DNA of 64,000 nt from Trichodelitschia bisporula (Eukaryota), in NCBI GenBank assembly GCA_010356995.1, contig ML996688.1, forward strand, positions 434,001 through 498,000, given 5' to 3'. Each line of letters starts with the position of its first letter. Positions within the stretch are counted from its first letter, which is position 1. The notes below the pieces were generated by a model. That model saw nothing but the letters and a program-made list of their open reading frames with translations. It was not told where the DNA came from and did not search any database. Position numbers and translations under genes: made by a program. This document shows positions 1 to 15,051 of the stretch, in pieces.

Positions 1-654
1 ATTGACAGGTTAAGGCGCTGGGGCGTTGCTTGACCCGGGTTGCCAGTCCTTGTGAGGTTATGATGTGGTCCTGTGCGTTGCACTACGGGTGCGGATGCGG
101 ATGCGGTTTACCCATCTCGGCGCCCTGGAATTGCACATCAGCTTGATTCTAGGCCTCAGAATAAACAGTGGTCTTGAATTGCTAGATGCTGATATGCCTT
201 GTGCTTGTTAGACGATCGTGTAATGTGAAGGTATGGAGGCTTATCAAAGCTGAGTGCACCAAAACCGGACCCTTTGATAGTTTGTTCTAGCTTTCTCCAT
301 CATCCATACAATCCACTACCTCTTGACTGAACAAGCTTCGATTGCCACAGCCCTTGCCAAAAAACGGCGGCTGCAAAACACTCCCCAAAGACTACCCCCA
401 GGACTGCAACGTTCCTTTCACCAAAGGACATCCTCTACGCTTCTCCTCTTCTACATACGTACTAGCGTCCTTCGTTTCAACTACGTATTCACGAGCCAAG
501 TCACGAGCCTCGACGAGTCGAGGAGTATAAGTATATTCGACTTAATATTTTCTAGAACCAAACATCTTCGACAACAACTCATCCACCGTCAACATCCCCC
601 CACTCCCCCAACAACAAGAACCAAAGCCGGCGAAAACGCAAAATCGCCGCAGAA

Positions 655-1122
655 ATGGAGGTGACGGGTAAGTCTCCTACTCCTATATATCCCCCTTAAC
701 CACTGTAATTCCCTATCTCCAGACGCGTCCAAGCTCAACACTGGCGGCAAGCCCAACGCCAGCGGCCCGGCTAAGGATCTCAACCTCCACGACAAGATGG
801 AGGTAAGCCTAGGAGCCTGTCGGGTCGTCGTCGTCACGAACGGTGTGGCCTGTGCGTGCACCCGCGGCCTCTGCTTCCCCCGTGTGAACAACAGCACCAG
901 GGTGTCCATCATGAAGCACGTCTGTATCAACTGCCATCATATGATGGAATGGCATGACTTGTACAGTGGCGAGTATAGTAAGTATCTTTATATCTACATG
1001 TCAGCTTTTCGTATATACAATTCTAGAACTAACAAGTACCCACTTTCCCCCTGAATGGACGCTGAGCTGACTTGACTATAGCCTCCCACGCCTCCATGGA
1101 ACAAGGGCAGCAGGGCCAGTAG
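655..1122 (+). CDS. Small (~102 aa) 3-exon Cys/His-rich hypothetical protein, putative zinc-binding
   Basis: ATG 655; exons 655-667, 723-977, 1082-1122. Both introns start GTAAGT and end YAG (intron 2 has a GCTGAC branch). Splicing keeps the frame to TAG 1120-1122. Motif C-x10-CxC-x4-C...CxxCxH-x4-H. Confidence 0.65.
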
Positions 1123-1922
1123 GTTGGGTGGATTTGACGAATCATGGCGTTGAGGCGCGATTACTTGCGGAGTGTGGCTTCTTAGACAGTGACCGTCATT
1201 TGGATGGCTTGATCTAGGTTGCGGGAATTCTTTGTGTGCTTTTGATGCGTGTGATGGTGTTGAAGGTGTTGCTAGACCTGAGCCGCCGGTGTGCGTGTGC
1301 TTATGAGGAGTCAGTTATGTTGCAACATGGATACGAATGCCGTTTACCCGTCTCCAGCGCCATAGAGACGCACATCGGTTAAGTCTTCAAAATCTCCGAA
1401 TGCTGATATGTCTTGTTTTTGCCCATGAAACACATGTAGTAGCTGCCGGCAGGTACGTGGAGTGATGTATCATTACTGATGTCAACATCAAGCTCGCTTG
1501 ACATGTTAGCCACTCCTTCCTAGCGTTCGTGGCGTCTTCCCTGCCCGTGGGTTAGGTATCCTTCCCAAAGCGAAGGACAACACCTGCCCCACGAACCAGC
1601 ACTCTCAGGCCCTCAAGCACTCGACCGCGGGACCAAAAATATACACAATAAGACCTGAATTTCAGAGTTGCACCTAGCCTTTGGGCCGCACCCTATCGTA
1701 GAGCGCTATATACAAAGCCGCCGCCCTACCAACCGTCAATTGGCAGACCGCGCAAGCTCACACTCAGCACAATCGCACATCTCGAAAACACGCAACACCG
1801 TCTACGCTATCCGCGCAAAAAACTTTTATCATCTTCCATCATCTCATCTCCGCTAATCACACAAAATTTCCTCCCAACAGTTACAATCCCCATCAAACGC
1901 CCCGCACCAATTCTCTCTGCGT

Positions 1923-4834
<2,912 letters not shown>

Positions 4835-5175
4835 TCACAACCCTTGATAAATTCGTCACTCGGGTACAATTACCGTCCTGAACTTCTCACAGCATTCCAG
4901 TCAGAAGTAGGAGGGGAACTGTTATGCCCAGGGCAGTGGGGAAGAGTTGGGAGGGTCGGAGGGGCTCCGCTTTTTCTCGTCCTGATCCCCGGCGGGGCGG
5001 CGCAGACGCTCTACGTTATTTGGGACGATGATTGCTTCCAAGTACGGTGTCTTGCTCTTCTGTACGATCAAACAGGCTGATAATGAAGGATAAGCGGAGT
5101 GAGAGGAAGATGGGAGGAATAGATGGGAGTAGAGCGAAAGGAAGTGAGAGAGGCAGTCTTCAAGCAAAGCCAGTC

Positions 5176-5181
5176 GAGTCA
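5176..5181 (-). promoter_or_regulatory. Possible Gcn4/CpcA (cross-pathway control) site TGACTC upstream of ARG5,6
   Basis: TGACTC on the minus strand ~460 nt upstream of the ATG, plus TGAGTC at 4832-4837. Each is a 6/7 match to TGASTCA. Arginine biosynthesis genes are classic Gcn4/CPC-1 targets, but the motif is short and could be chance. Confidence 0.3.
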
Positions 5182-5851
5182 CTGATGAAATTGCCGCTCT
5201 CCGCCTTTACTGCAACCGGTGCCACTGCCACGGCACGCCGTTATCGGTGGAGCACGATTATCTGCCCAGAAACTGAGCACTGAAGCATGCAAGTCACGAG
5301 CTTCACAAAGCGGGGGATTGGAAGGCGAAGTGATGTGCCCTGATGGCTGCTGGCTCACGCTTGCACAAGCATATCATCGTCTGATGGTCGTGGCTCGAAG
5401 ACTTTTTTCTTCCTTGTAACTTTTTTTAACGCAACCCTCCAAACCCCATGTCGGGATGCATGCGCTATCACTGAATTGTCCCATGATTCTCGTGGTAAGC
5501 AAGCCCAGAATCTTGCAATTCCTTCCACCTGCATCGGCAAATTTTCACTTGTCAAGTCACATAACTGTCTGAACTATTATCGTGCATATCAAAGACGCTG
5601 CATTGCCGTAGCCGAATCGAACGCCCCAGAAAAAATCAAAGACAGCTTGCTGAAGTCTGAGTCTCAAGGCGTGTAGCGCAACCGTCACGCCGGTATTCCC
5701 CCCCACCCATCGAAGAAGTATGATTACAAGGGCCAACCCCACAATGCACCGTAGCGGCCATGTACGAGCTGGTCATATCCACATAGCCGACGTCCGCTTG
5801 TTCTGCGGCTGGACCTAAACACCACCCGTGCAGATATCGGCCAACACTTTT

Positions 5852-6409
5852 CTACTTCTTGCTCTGGGTAACTGAGCCGGTCAGCTTCGTATCAGAAACC
5901 GCAAGGACAACTTACTTGGAACGACAATGACAATGACGAGAATAATGATGACAGCGGCGGCGATGCACATCCGCATCTTCATGTCCTTCCACCACATCTG
6001 CTTGCGCACACGGTTGGCTCCACGGCGGAAGCCCTGGGCCGACTGGGCGAGGTTGTCCGTCTTGCCTTGCAGCGAGTCCAGGTGCTCACCGCGCTCCGAC
6101 ACCTTGTTGATATTGTCACGCATGATGCCTACGGTGCTGTCGATTTCCTGGGCATGTCAGCTGCTGCCTCGGCAAAGGGCCATTCCGCAGTGCTCCTGAC
6201 ATCGCCAACTCAGTCAAACACAGAGGCCACCGTGCAGTGAGCCAGTGCGCGACGAAGCTGGACGTCAGGAGTACCGCGAACTGGAGTTGTAATAAACGTA
6301 CCGCTTGAAGAGCCGCGGTGCGGCTGTTGCCGCCCTGCGCCGTACCAGCTCCAGCATTGGGGCCGCCGGCGGGGATGTAGGGATCGTAGGGCTGGTTGTT
6401 GTCGGCCAT
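5852..6409 (-). CDS. SNC1: Synaptobrevin/VAMP-type v-SNARE
   Basis: YDPYIP N-terminus, R-SNARE motif [18 protein letters not shown]..., MWWKDMKM plus C-terminal TM. Exons 6409-6302, 6147-5916, 5871-5852. Confidence 0.97.
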
Positions 6410-8986
6410 TGCTTATGAGGTTGTGATGAAGAGAAGTGGGGGTCGGGGCTTGTAGAGGTCTGCTCGCACTGTGGAGACGTGCGGGCGTGGGTCGACAAAG
6501 AGCGTTGAGCGGCTTGTTCACCTGGGCGGCAGCCTGCGACAGGTGTCGTTTGAGGGAAGCGGGACCCAGTGAAGCTTCTGGGAGTGAATGGGCTGTGCAC
6601 TGGCAGGAGTGGGAAGTATGGTGATGGAATGCGAGGGCGGGTAGGATGGTAATGTCGATGGTGGATGGGGGTGGAGTTGACGTTGACGTGTGTTGGAGAT
6701 GAACCGGGGGAGGATGGATGATTGAGGTGATCAAGGCGAGACCGGCTTTCTTTTACTGCGACGGGCAGGCGCGAGTGAGTGAGCCCGTCCTTGGGCAAGT
6801 GAGAGTGAGACGCTGGGCGGCGGGGGGGCCAGGGGGGCGGGGGCTGGGCCAAAAACCCTTCTGCTCAGGCATCTGTGAGGCATTCTCACCAAATCTCGGG
6901 CTCCGACTTTCTCGGCCAACTCCTCCCCCACCAAAGGCGCTTACTGTGGCTGACACGTCAAAGCGGGAGGCACACTCGCCACACGCCACTGCTACTTCAA
7001 TCTGTACAAAGTGCGGAGTTACGCAACGTATGCGTAGGGCCTCGGAGTTAAATATAGGAAAGGATGCAGAAGCATATGAATAGCTGCCTACTACCGTACC
7101 CGTCTCTGTCTGGACGTTTGTCTCGCTGCTCGGACTTCTTCAGACTTCTCCCCTTCTTCAGACTTCTCACATCCGCCATCTGCATCACTTTCATCTCGAA
7201 CCTCTACTGAGCCTGAATCTCAGTAGCCGTTTTGTTTCACCCATCCACCCATACTGCGCTCCGAGTCTGGAAACTCGATGTGCCTCGTTTACTCTTCCAT
7301 TCCAGTCAAGAGGAGGAGCGGGCTTGTCCGCAATTAATGCACCACTTCCGGCCGGGGGTCGGTGACCACTCACTGGGTGCGGGGGGCCGACGACCTGAAG
7401 GTTGTGTCGCTGTTCAGCCAGACACAAGGCTGTGGTGATCCAGGCACGCAGCTGCTTTACTACGGTACTTGGCACCACAGAGCATCGAGGGAGGACTGAT
7501 ATACGTGGATCCGGCCTCGTCCGTCTTCGTTCTTCCGGTCAACTCTCTTGTTTCGATGAAACCATAATATGGCTGGATTCTGGGAGCGTTAAATGTTTGG
7601 TGCCGTCTGATACAGGATCCATCTTTCAACATGCACACGTTGCAAGGCTCCAGACCAGGCGATGTCGAGACTGTGGACTCTTACCAGCGCTTTCGCGGAC
7701 CGCCATGGCTATTTCTACGAGGGATGCGATGCCGCGCGTAACAATATGACCGGATTACGCGGGAGTTGAGGGTCGACACATGGCATGATATTCGGCATGG
7801 GTATGATGGGGGTTTCGGTGGGCCGTTACGGTATAAGCGGGTCCCGGGCTTTATGAAGCGTGTCAACAGTCCCGTTGGGGTTCCGATGCCATTTACCCTT
7901 GCTGATGGCATTGGTAACCTGATGGACGCGTTTACAGTGAGTACTGCTCTCGTCGTTCTATGATGATCCGATGCAATCCCTATGTTGTCCGGTTCGACTA
8001 CGGCTTCTTCCTCTCGCGTGGTAAGAGACAGGAGCAGGTCTACGAAGACTTTGAAGTGGTGACGAATGCTCGTTGCCCGGGAGGCGAGTTCCCGAGTGGA
8101 GGACGTCATCGTCTTTGCCTCCGAGCCTGCTTTGACAGCTTTTCATTGGCGCAGAGCCTCAGTTGCTGCGCCTCGCACCCTGGGACGGCTAGTTGCCGCA
8201 AACAGCCTAGTGGCCTGTGGAATCCTGGGAACGGGGACAAGATGTGACAGGCCAGGCTACAAATGAGGCCACAACAAGGCAACAAATACGGAAAACAAGG
8301 GGTTGAAGGGAGATGGAAAGAGGCGTAAGAGAGAAGCTGAGGAGGAAAGCGTGAGCGACTCCGCAGCCGCAGGACCCCCCCAAGGGAAGGGACCCAAAAG
8401 ACGATTCTCTTGTCTGGTGTTTCTTGTCTTTCTGTCCACCATTGCACATCATCATCACCACCCCCTCCCTCTACCCACACATTCCTACTCCTCCCTACAT
8501 CATCGTCGCTCTTTTGCTTTGATCAACAACTAAATCCGTACAGTAAACAATCAACTGCTGTTTCCTACTCTTGCACGACCAAGTACATAGGTTCTTCTAC
8601 ACCCAGCGCTTATAATTACCTAACCTAATCCATCGACCACCCACACCCACCCCCCCCCCCTTGAGCCTGCTTTCCTCCTGAGTTCCTTCCAACCGTCGCT
8701 TGCCGACCGACTCCAAGACCTCCAAGACCTCCGACACTCACCCCTTCACCTACCGCTTTCTCGCGACCTCGTCTCGGTCGTTCTTTGTTCGCCAATCCAC
8801 CTCTACCCTCGTCCCTCGTTTTCTACCTACAAGCACGCGCGGTGAATGACTGCGACATAATTCTTACTCTCTGTTGACGTCCTTCCGCGCTCCGCTACAG
8901 AGTCACCTCATCCATCCCGAGCTGTTGACGCTGGCGTTGACGCGCATCTTCGTCATTCCCGCACTTCTCTCCTCTCTCCATCAATC

Positions 8987-10447
8987 ATGAAGTTCTCACG
9001 TCCACAATTTCTCGGTGCGCTGTTGGCAGCCTCAACCACCGTCCAAGCCGCAATCACCCTCGACCTCACAGACACCAGTGCGTCACGTTCAGCCTTCCAT
9101 TTCCCGCCATGCCTTGGCTAACCACTTGCAGAATCCATAAAAGCTGCCGCATCAAAAGTAGCTTACGGCATGGTCAAATACTACACAGGCAACAACACAG
9201 GCGATGTTCCCGGTAACTTGCCCCAGCCATACTACTGGTGGGAAGCGGGCGCCATGTTCGGTACACTGATCGACTACTGGTACTACACGGGCGACGACAG
9301 CTACAATGCCATCACGTCGCAAGCCATGTTGTTCCAGACAGGTCCGAATGCGGACTTTATGCCGCCCAATCAGACCAAGACTGAGGGTAACGACGACCAG
9401 TCTTTCTGGGGTCTGGCCGCCATGTCGGCCGCCGAGGCACGTTTCCCTAACCCACCGCCGGACAAGCCGCAATGGCTCGCGCTCGCCCAGGCCGTATTCA
9501 ACACCCAGGCGGTCCGCTGGGACGCGTCAACGTGTGGTGGTGGTCTCCGGTGGCAGATCTTTGCGTTCAACAATGGTTACAACTACAAGAACACAATTTC
9601 GAACGGCTGTTTCTTCAACATGGCTGCACGGCTCGGTCGCTACACTGGCAACGCGACGTACCTGGAATGGGCGAACCGCATGTGGACATGGGTTGGCGAC
9701 GTCGGACTCATGAGCCCTGATTATCATTTCTACGATGGCACGGACGATACCCTCAACTGCACCAACGTCAATCACATCCAGTGGTCGTACAATGCTGGCG
9801 TGTTCCTGTACGGCGCCGCCACCATGTACAATGTCGTAAGTCGATATCAACCTTATTTCGTGCATAGCTAAGCGCAGCAGACCACGGGCGCCGAGCAAGA
9901 AAAGTGGAAGAACGCGGTCATGGGCATCGTCAACCAAACCGACGTCTTCTTCCAAGATGGGGGCATCATGAAAGAAGTCGCCTGCGAAGACAACGGCAAA
10001 TGCGACGTCGATCAGCGCTCCTTCAAGGCCTACCTCGCGCGCTGGATGGCGGCAACCATCAAAGTTGCTCCCTTTACCAAGGAAGTAATCATGGGCTACC
10101 TATCCGCCTCCGCCGTCGCCGCAGCTGCGACCTGCACTGGCGGCGATGATGGCAACGCCTGCGGCCTGCGCTGGACGAAGAAGGTGAACGACGGCTCCCT
10201 TGGCGTCGGCGAGCAAATGTCCGCCCTCGAAATCATCCAAGGCACCCTGATCAATGAAGTCGACGGGCCAGTCACGAATAAGTCAGGTGGTATCAGCAAG
10301 GGCGACCCTAACGCGGGCAGCAAGTCTTCAGACACAAAGATCAACTATAACGCCATTACCGGGGGCGACAGGGCCGGTGCCGGCATCCTCACAACTCTTA
10401 TTCTGATATTCCTTTTTGGAGGCGCCTATTGGATGGCGATGAAGTAA
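8987..10447 (+). CDS. DCW1: GH76 alpha-1,6-mannanase/transglycosidase, GPI-anchored (Dcw1/Dfg5 family)
   Basis: Signal peptide [28 protein letters not shown] catalytic motif, [16 protein letters not shown]-terminal [13 protein letters not shown] signal. Exons 8987-9077, 9132-9835, 9881-10447. Confidence 0.95.
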
Positions 10448-11403
10448 CGTGGTTTTTTTTTAGGGTGGGGTCATTTTCTTGGGTAATTTGGGTGTTTTAG
10501 TTTGGTTAGGGGCGCGTTTCGCATGGAGCTGCAGTTCTGGATTCCGATGCTTCGGGCGGCTGTACAAAGCTAATGGGATTGCGGGAGTGTGTGGCGCGGG
10601 TAGTACATATGCCGGGTTGCACACGCGCCTGGGCCGGCGAACCGACCGACCCAGCTGAAGAGAAGGAGGGAGTAGAAAGAGCAGAGCAGAGCACACGGCG
10701 CATGGTTTCCCACTTGGGTTTGGGGTCATTAAAACCGCGCAGGGCGTTTTATTTATCCTTTATATTGGCTGGGAGAACGACATAGGTGAGCATTTTGGGG
10801 TTTCTTGGGCGTTTTTTTTGTTTGTTTGGAGAGGCGATTTATGTATGGCACTCCTGATAGCGAATTGGAGGTTTCTGCCCTTAGGCGGGCTGTATGGATA
10901 CCTTTTGGGCTTCCCTATGCTTTTGGGGTCTTATATTTGCGCGTCAGTTGATGGTGAGGGTGGTGATGGATGTTGCGCTGTTGAGCGCGCTCTCCATACC
11001 CATAGGGCTGACGTCGTTGTGGGAGGTGACGTCAAACGCTACCCGGACGCCAGCGGATCGTCGCCGGGGAGTTTACCCGCTGGCTTGCGGGACCAGGAGC
11101 GGGACGAGCGGGCTACTGCACGCTCTATCGGCGGGTGGTCGCGTGCGCTAAAGTGGGTAATATATCGTGGGTTTGGGAGAGGGTGTCGTACCCTCGTAGC
11201 TGGGGCTCGGGCTGGGACGGGGCAATATATAGGATCGCAACGGCTATTGACTGGGGGGGTGGAGGAACCATGGAACTCCGAGGATTGAATGGCAGTGTAC
11301 GTATGCTATGCTCCGATGCCGTCGACGTCGGCATCCCGACCTCACCTCACCCCACACCATCCACCACGCCAGCATCTAACCTACACCTAACCTGCTAACC
11401 AAC

Positions 11404-12978
11404 CTACTCCTCCCCCGGCGCACTCGCCCCCCTTGCAACCAACGCCCCAAGCGCCGCGCCAACTCCACTCCCATCCTTCGCAATCCCCACTCGAATCTTC
11501 CCCTCCCTCTCCCCAATCCCCTCCAGCGCCAGCCACACCTCCCTCATCCTTTCCTCGAACCCAGGATAGAACTCAACGAGACTGCCATCGACGCCGACGT
11601 CTACGATCTCATCCGTCTCTAGCCGACCGGAATGGATGGCGATAGCACCGATAGCGACAGCGGCCAGGCGAGCGGCGCGCCGGCCGACGGCACCAGCGAC
11701 GCGTTGTACGGCGCGCGCGGCGCCGACGCTCGTGCCTTCGACGCCGAGGTCGCGCTCGAGGGACTGCCGCGTGAGGGCGAGGGAGGGCGATGAATCGCCG
11801 GCGGCGGTGGACAGGAGCGCGGAGTCGAGGGCGAAGGGCGTGAAGAGGGGCGCGTCGGGGGCGACGCGGGCGGTGGAGTGCAGTTCCGTTTGGCCGGAGA
11901 AGAGACCCGTATCCTCTTGGTGCAGGGCGAGGAGCGCGCGGCGCAGGATCTCGCCGAGGAACATACCACTGACGCGTTTCTCGAAAAGCTGCATGCCGGG
12001 GTTGACCGATTCGGTGTCAAGCTCGCGGTCGAAGCGCGTTGTGGGCAGGGTGGCGAGGGCGTTGTCGAAGGAGCCCCATTCGGTGTTGACGATCATGTCG
12101 CCGGTTGAGGCGTCGTAGTCGGCTTCCTTGTTTGCGGATAGCTTTGTGAGGCGCGACAGCTGCTCGACGTAAGCGCCGTTGGTGCCGGTGCCGAAGATGG
12201 CGCCGAGGAGGGTGCTGGTTTTGCCGGGGGAGGTGTAGGAGCGTGCCATCAGGGTGCCGACGGTGTCGTTGATCAGAGCCGTGATGCGCACGGGGAGGTG
12301 GAGGGCATCAATCTCGGCCTGCAGGAGTGCGCAGATGTCCTTGCCCAGCGCGTCGGGGATGTCGTACCCTTTGGTCCAGCGCATGAGGAGGCCCCTGTTG
12401 ATGCCGATTTGGTGCACGGGGAAGGAGAAGGTGAAGCCCATGTGAAAGATTTCTTCTTCTTCGATGGCATCGCGACCCGCGGCTTTGACCTTGCGCTTGA
12501 CGCCCTCGTAGTGGTCGCCGTGGTGCTGTTGGAGGAAGAGCTCGACTTGTTTCGCGAGGAAGGAGAAGAGCTCTTTGGCGGTTTTGGCTTTCTGCAGGCT
12601 TTGGGGGACCTTGACTTTCGTCTGCTGAAGCTTGAAGGTGCTGTCGCCATTGAGTTCGATAGAACACACGCGGAAGTTGGTGCCGCCGAGGTCAACGGCC
12701 ATATACAGTCCCTGTTATGGTCAACCTCAGTCCAACATCTCCACGATGAACACACCTTTTCTGTCCCATTCGGCACAGCCGTCACATAGGTCGGGATCTG
12801 AGCCATACTGGTGCCATCCTTCTCCAACCCCTCATCTCTTCCTGTCAGAAAAGGCTCACGGAATATATTCTCAAAGCTTACCCATCTCCCTCAAAAACTC
12901 ATCCACAACCTTCTGCAGATGCTCATCCTTGAAGTCAAAGTCCTCCACCACCCGCTCCACAGCCTTTTCCAGCACCAT
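11404..12978 (-). CDS. GLK1: Glucokinase (hexokinase family)
   Basis: QIPTYVTAVPNGTEKG, AVDLGGTNFRVC, GFTFSFP, INDTVGT, GTGTNGAY, DGSGVGAAL. Exons 12978-12882, ~12835-12756, 12711-11404. Confidence 0.96.
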
Positions 12979-15051
12979 ATCGGAAGCCCTCGTTTGCGAA
13001 AGAGTATTCACACCCCAATGGCGAACCGAAGGTCGTCCCGAATCGTCACCACGTCCGTAAGGCTCACACGTCCCACCACCAAAGAGCCGATCCGCAAGGC
13101 AAACGCGGTCACTAGGATCGGTTACCGTAACCGGCGAATAGTACGCAGGAGTTCGAGCGTCACGGAGTTTGACCTGCACGCGCGAGAACAAAACTTGAGC
13201 GAGGAGAACGATGACGACAAGGGCGAGGAAGACAACAGAGCGCGGGAAAGGCAGGAGACGGCGCTTCGAATGCGGGGGGCGCGACTTGTAGACCAGGTGT
13301 TTACTGGTTGACGTCAATGGTGCGCGAAGCTTGTAATCCTTGCCGTGCTGAGCGGGGGTTATTGTAGTCTCGTCGGCGGGAGAAGAGGGATCTCGCCTGC
13401 GTGGGAGCAGCGAAGCTATGGTGGGCACGATAGCGGGGCGCGCGGAGCCCTGAATCAAAAGACGGCGGCAAAAGGTGATGGGATAAATTAGTACATCCGT
13501 AGGAAGCGGGGGGATAGGTCACGATGAAGAGAAGGAGAGGAGGAGGTCGAGCACAGAAAGAAGGAAGGCAAAGCGGGGTAGGCTTATTGTGTGACGCAGT
13601 ACCACCCTACACCAGGCTGTGGAATGAGGTCAGAACAAGGTGATCTTGCACATGGGATCTGGGAATCGAATGCACTGCAGTTTTTTTCAAGTTCGCCTTG
13701 CCTTGCTTGCCTTTTGAACCCAGCATCAATCACTTGATACTGAAGAAACGCACCCACTCCGTACTGCTGAACATGTCAGCTTCCTAGGCCGTCGTGCGTA
13801 CTCACTATCGGTAGCTCCTGTTGTTCTGCCCTCATTGCAACCGCACTATGTACATCTCACGGCTGGTGGAGAGTGGATGGTACCATACACGATGACATCG
13901 TCTTCTCGAGGAGACCGGGGTCTGCCTGCCTGAGTACGCAGTAGGCGGCTGAAAGAGCGCGCTTTGTTCCGGCGAAATTCTCGTCACTCTGCGAGCTGCT
14001 GCACGTCGACAAAACAGACATCAGTGAGATGGCAAGAGGGCAGATATATCCTGCCCTCGCATTACTCCCACTTTCCCATATGTACACACACGCACTTGCG
14101 CCTCTTGTGCCTCCAAACTAACCTCCCCCACACACACCACGACAAGTCTAAAAGGCGAGTAGTCCGAAGGAGAGAAGAGGCCTACTACTGTACGAGAGAG
14201 CGTTCCGACAGACACAACAAAGGAAAATCCTGGTGAATTATGCACGAGAAATGAGCTTTCATTTCCCCATCTCCGAAAGCCTCCATCTTTGTGCCATGTC
14301 CCACCCTTTGCTGTTCTCTCCCACAATGCACACACATCTCCAGCATACGGTAGCCTTTCAAACATGCTCCAGAAAAACAAATTCGGTTACCGGCTCGCCC
14401 AAAGCGAGACCCAACCAACCCTTTCAAGTGTACTCGAGCATCTCCATACACATATAGAGATGCAAGAAAAACCCCCACAATCAATATGTCAATGCATCTG
14501 TGCCCTTCGCGCCCTACCCCCGAGTGGCCGGCTAACCGGTGCTGTGGTATTCGACGTAACTCTGCCAAATATCGGCGAAAAGCAAGAAAAACGCGAAGCA
14601 AGTGGAAAAAGGCTCCTGCTTCCTCAAAAAAGTCCCGTTTTCGCGCCAGATGTATGAAAGGGATGGCTCGACAATCCCGTCAAGCCCATCCTCGTATGTA
14701 CGTTTGAAAAGACACCCGCCTTGTGTTGGTGCGTGGAAGAAAGCAATAACAGAGCTCGCAAAATGACCAGTCCGGTGCTGCCGCCCTGTCTCCCATTCAC
14801 ATTCACTACAGTCATTAGCAGTCGCATCCAGAGCGCAACTGGCCGCCCGTGAATTGCCGCAAAGGCCTCCAGGACAATTAAGGATTATGGACAAAACAAA
14901 AAGCATGGTAGACCGATGTGGTCTCCGGGGTTCCCGCTGAATGCAATAGTGAATCATGACTCCGGCCAAATGGGGAGAAGACCAAGGACAAAGGAGATAC
15001 GAGAAGGCGTGAGTCGGATTTTCGTGAGATCTAAGAGAGAAGTGGTGTCGG

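Noticed and set aside
7960..8060. Perfect box C after a GTGAGT donor-like site
   Set aside because: No box D at a suitable distance.
11375..11406. CTAACC telomere-like units after the GLK1 stop
   Set aside because: Only about three interrupted copies; consistent with low-complexity 3' UTR.
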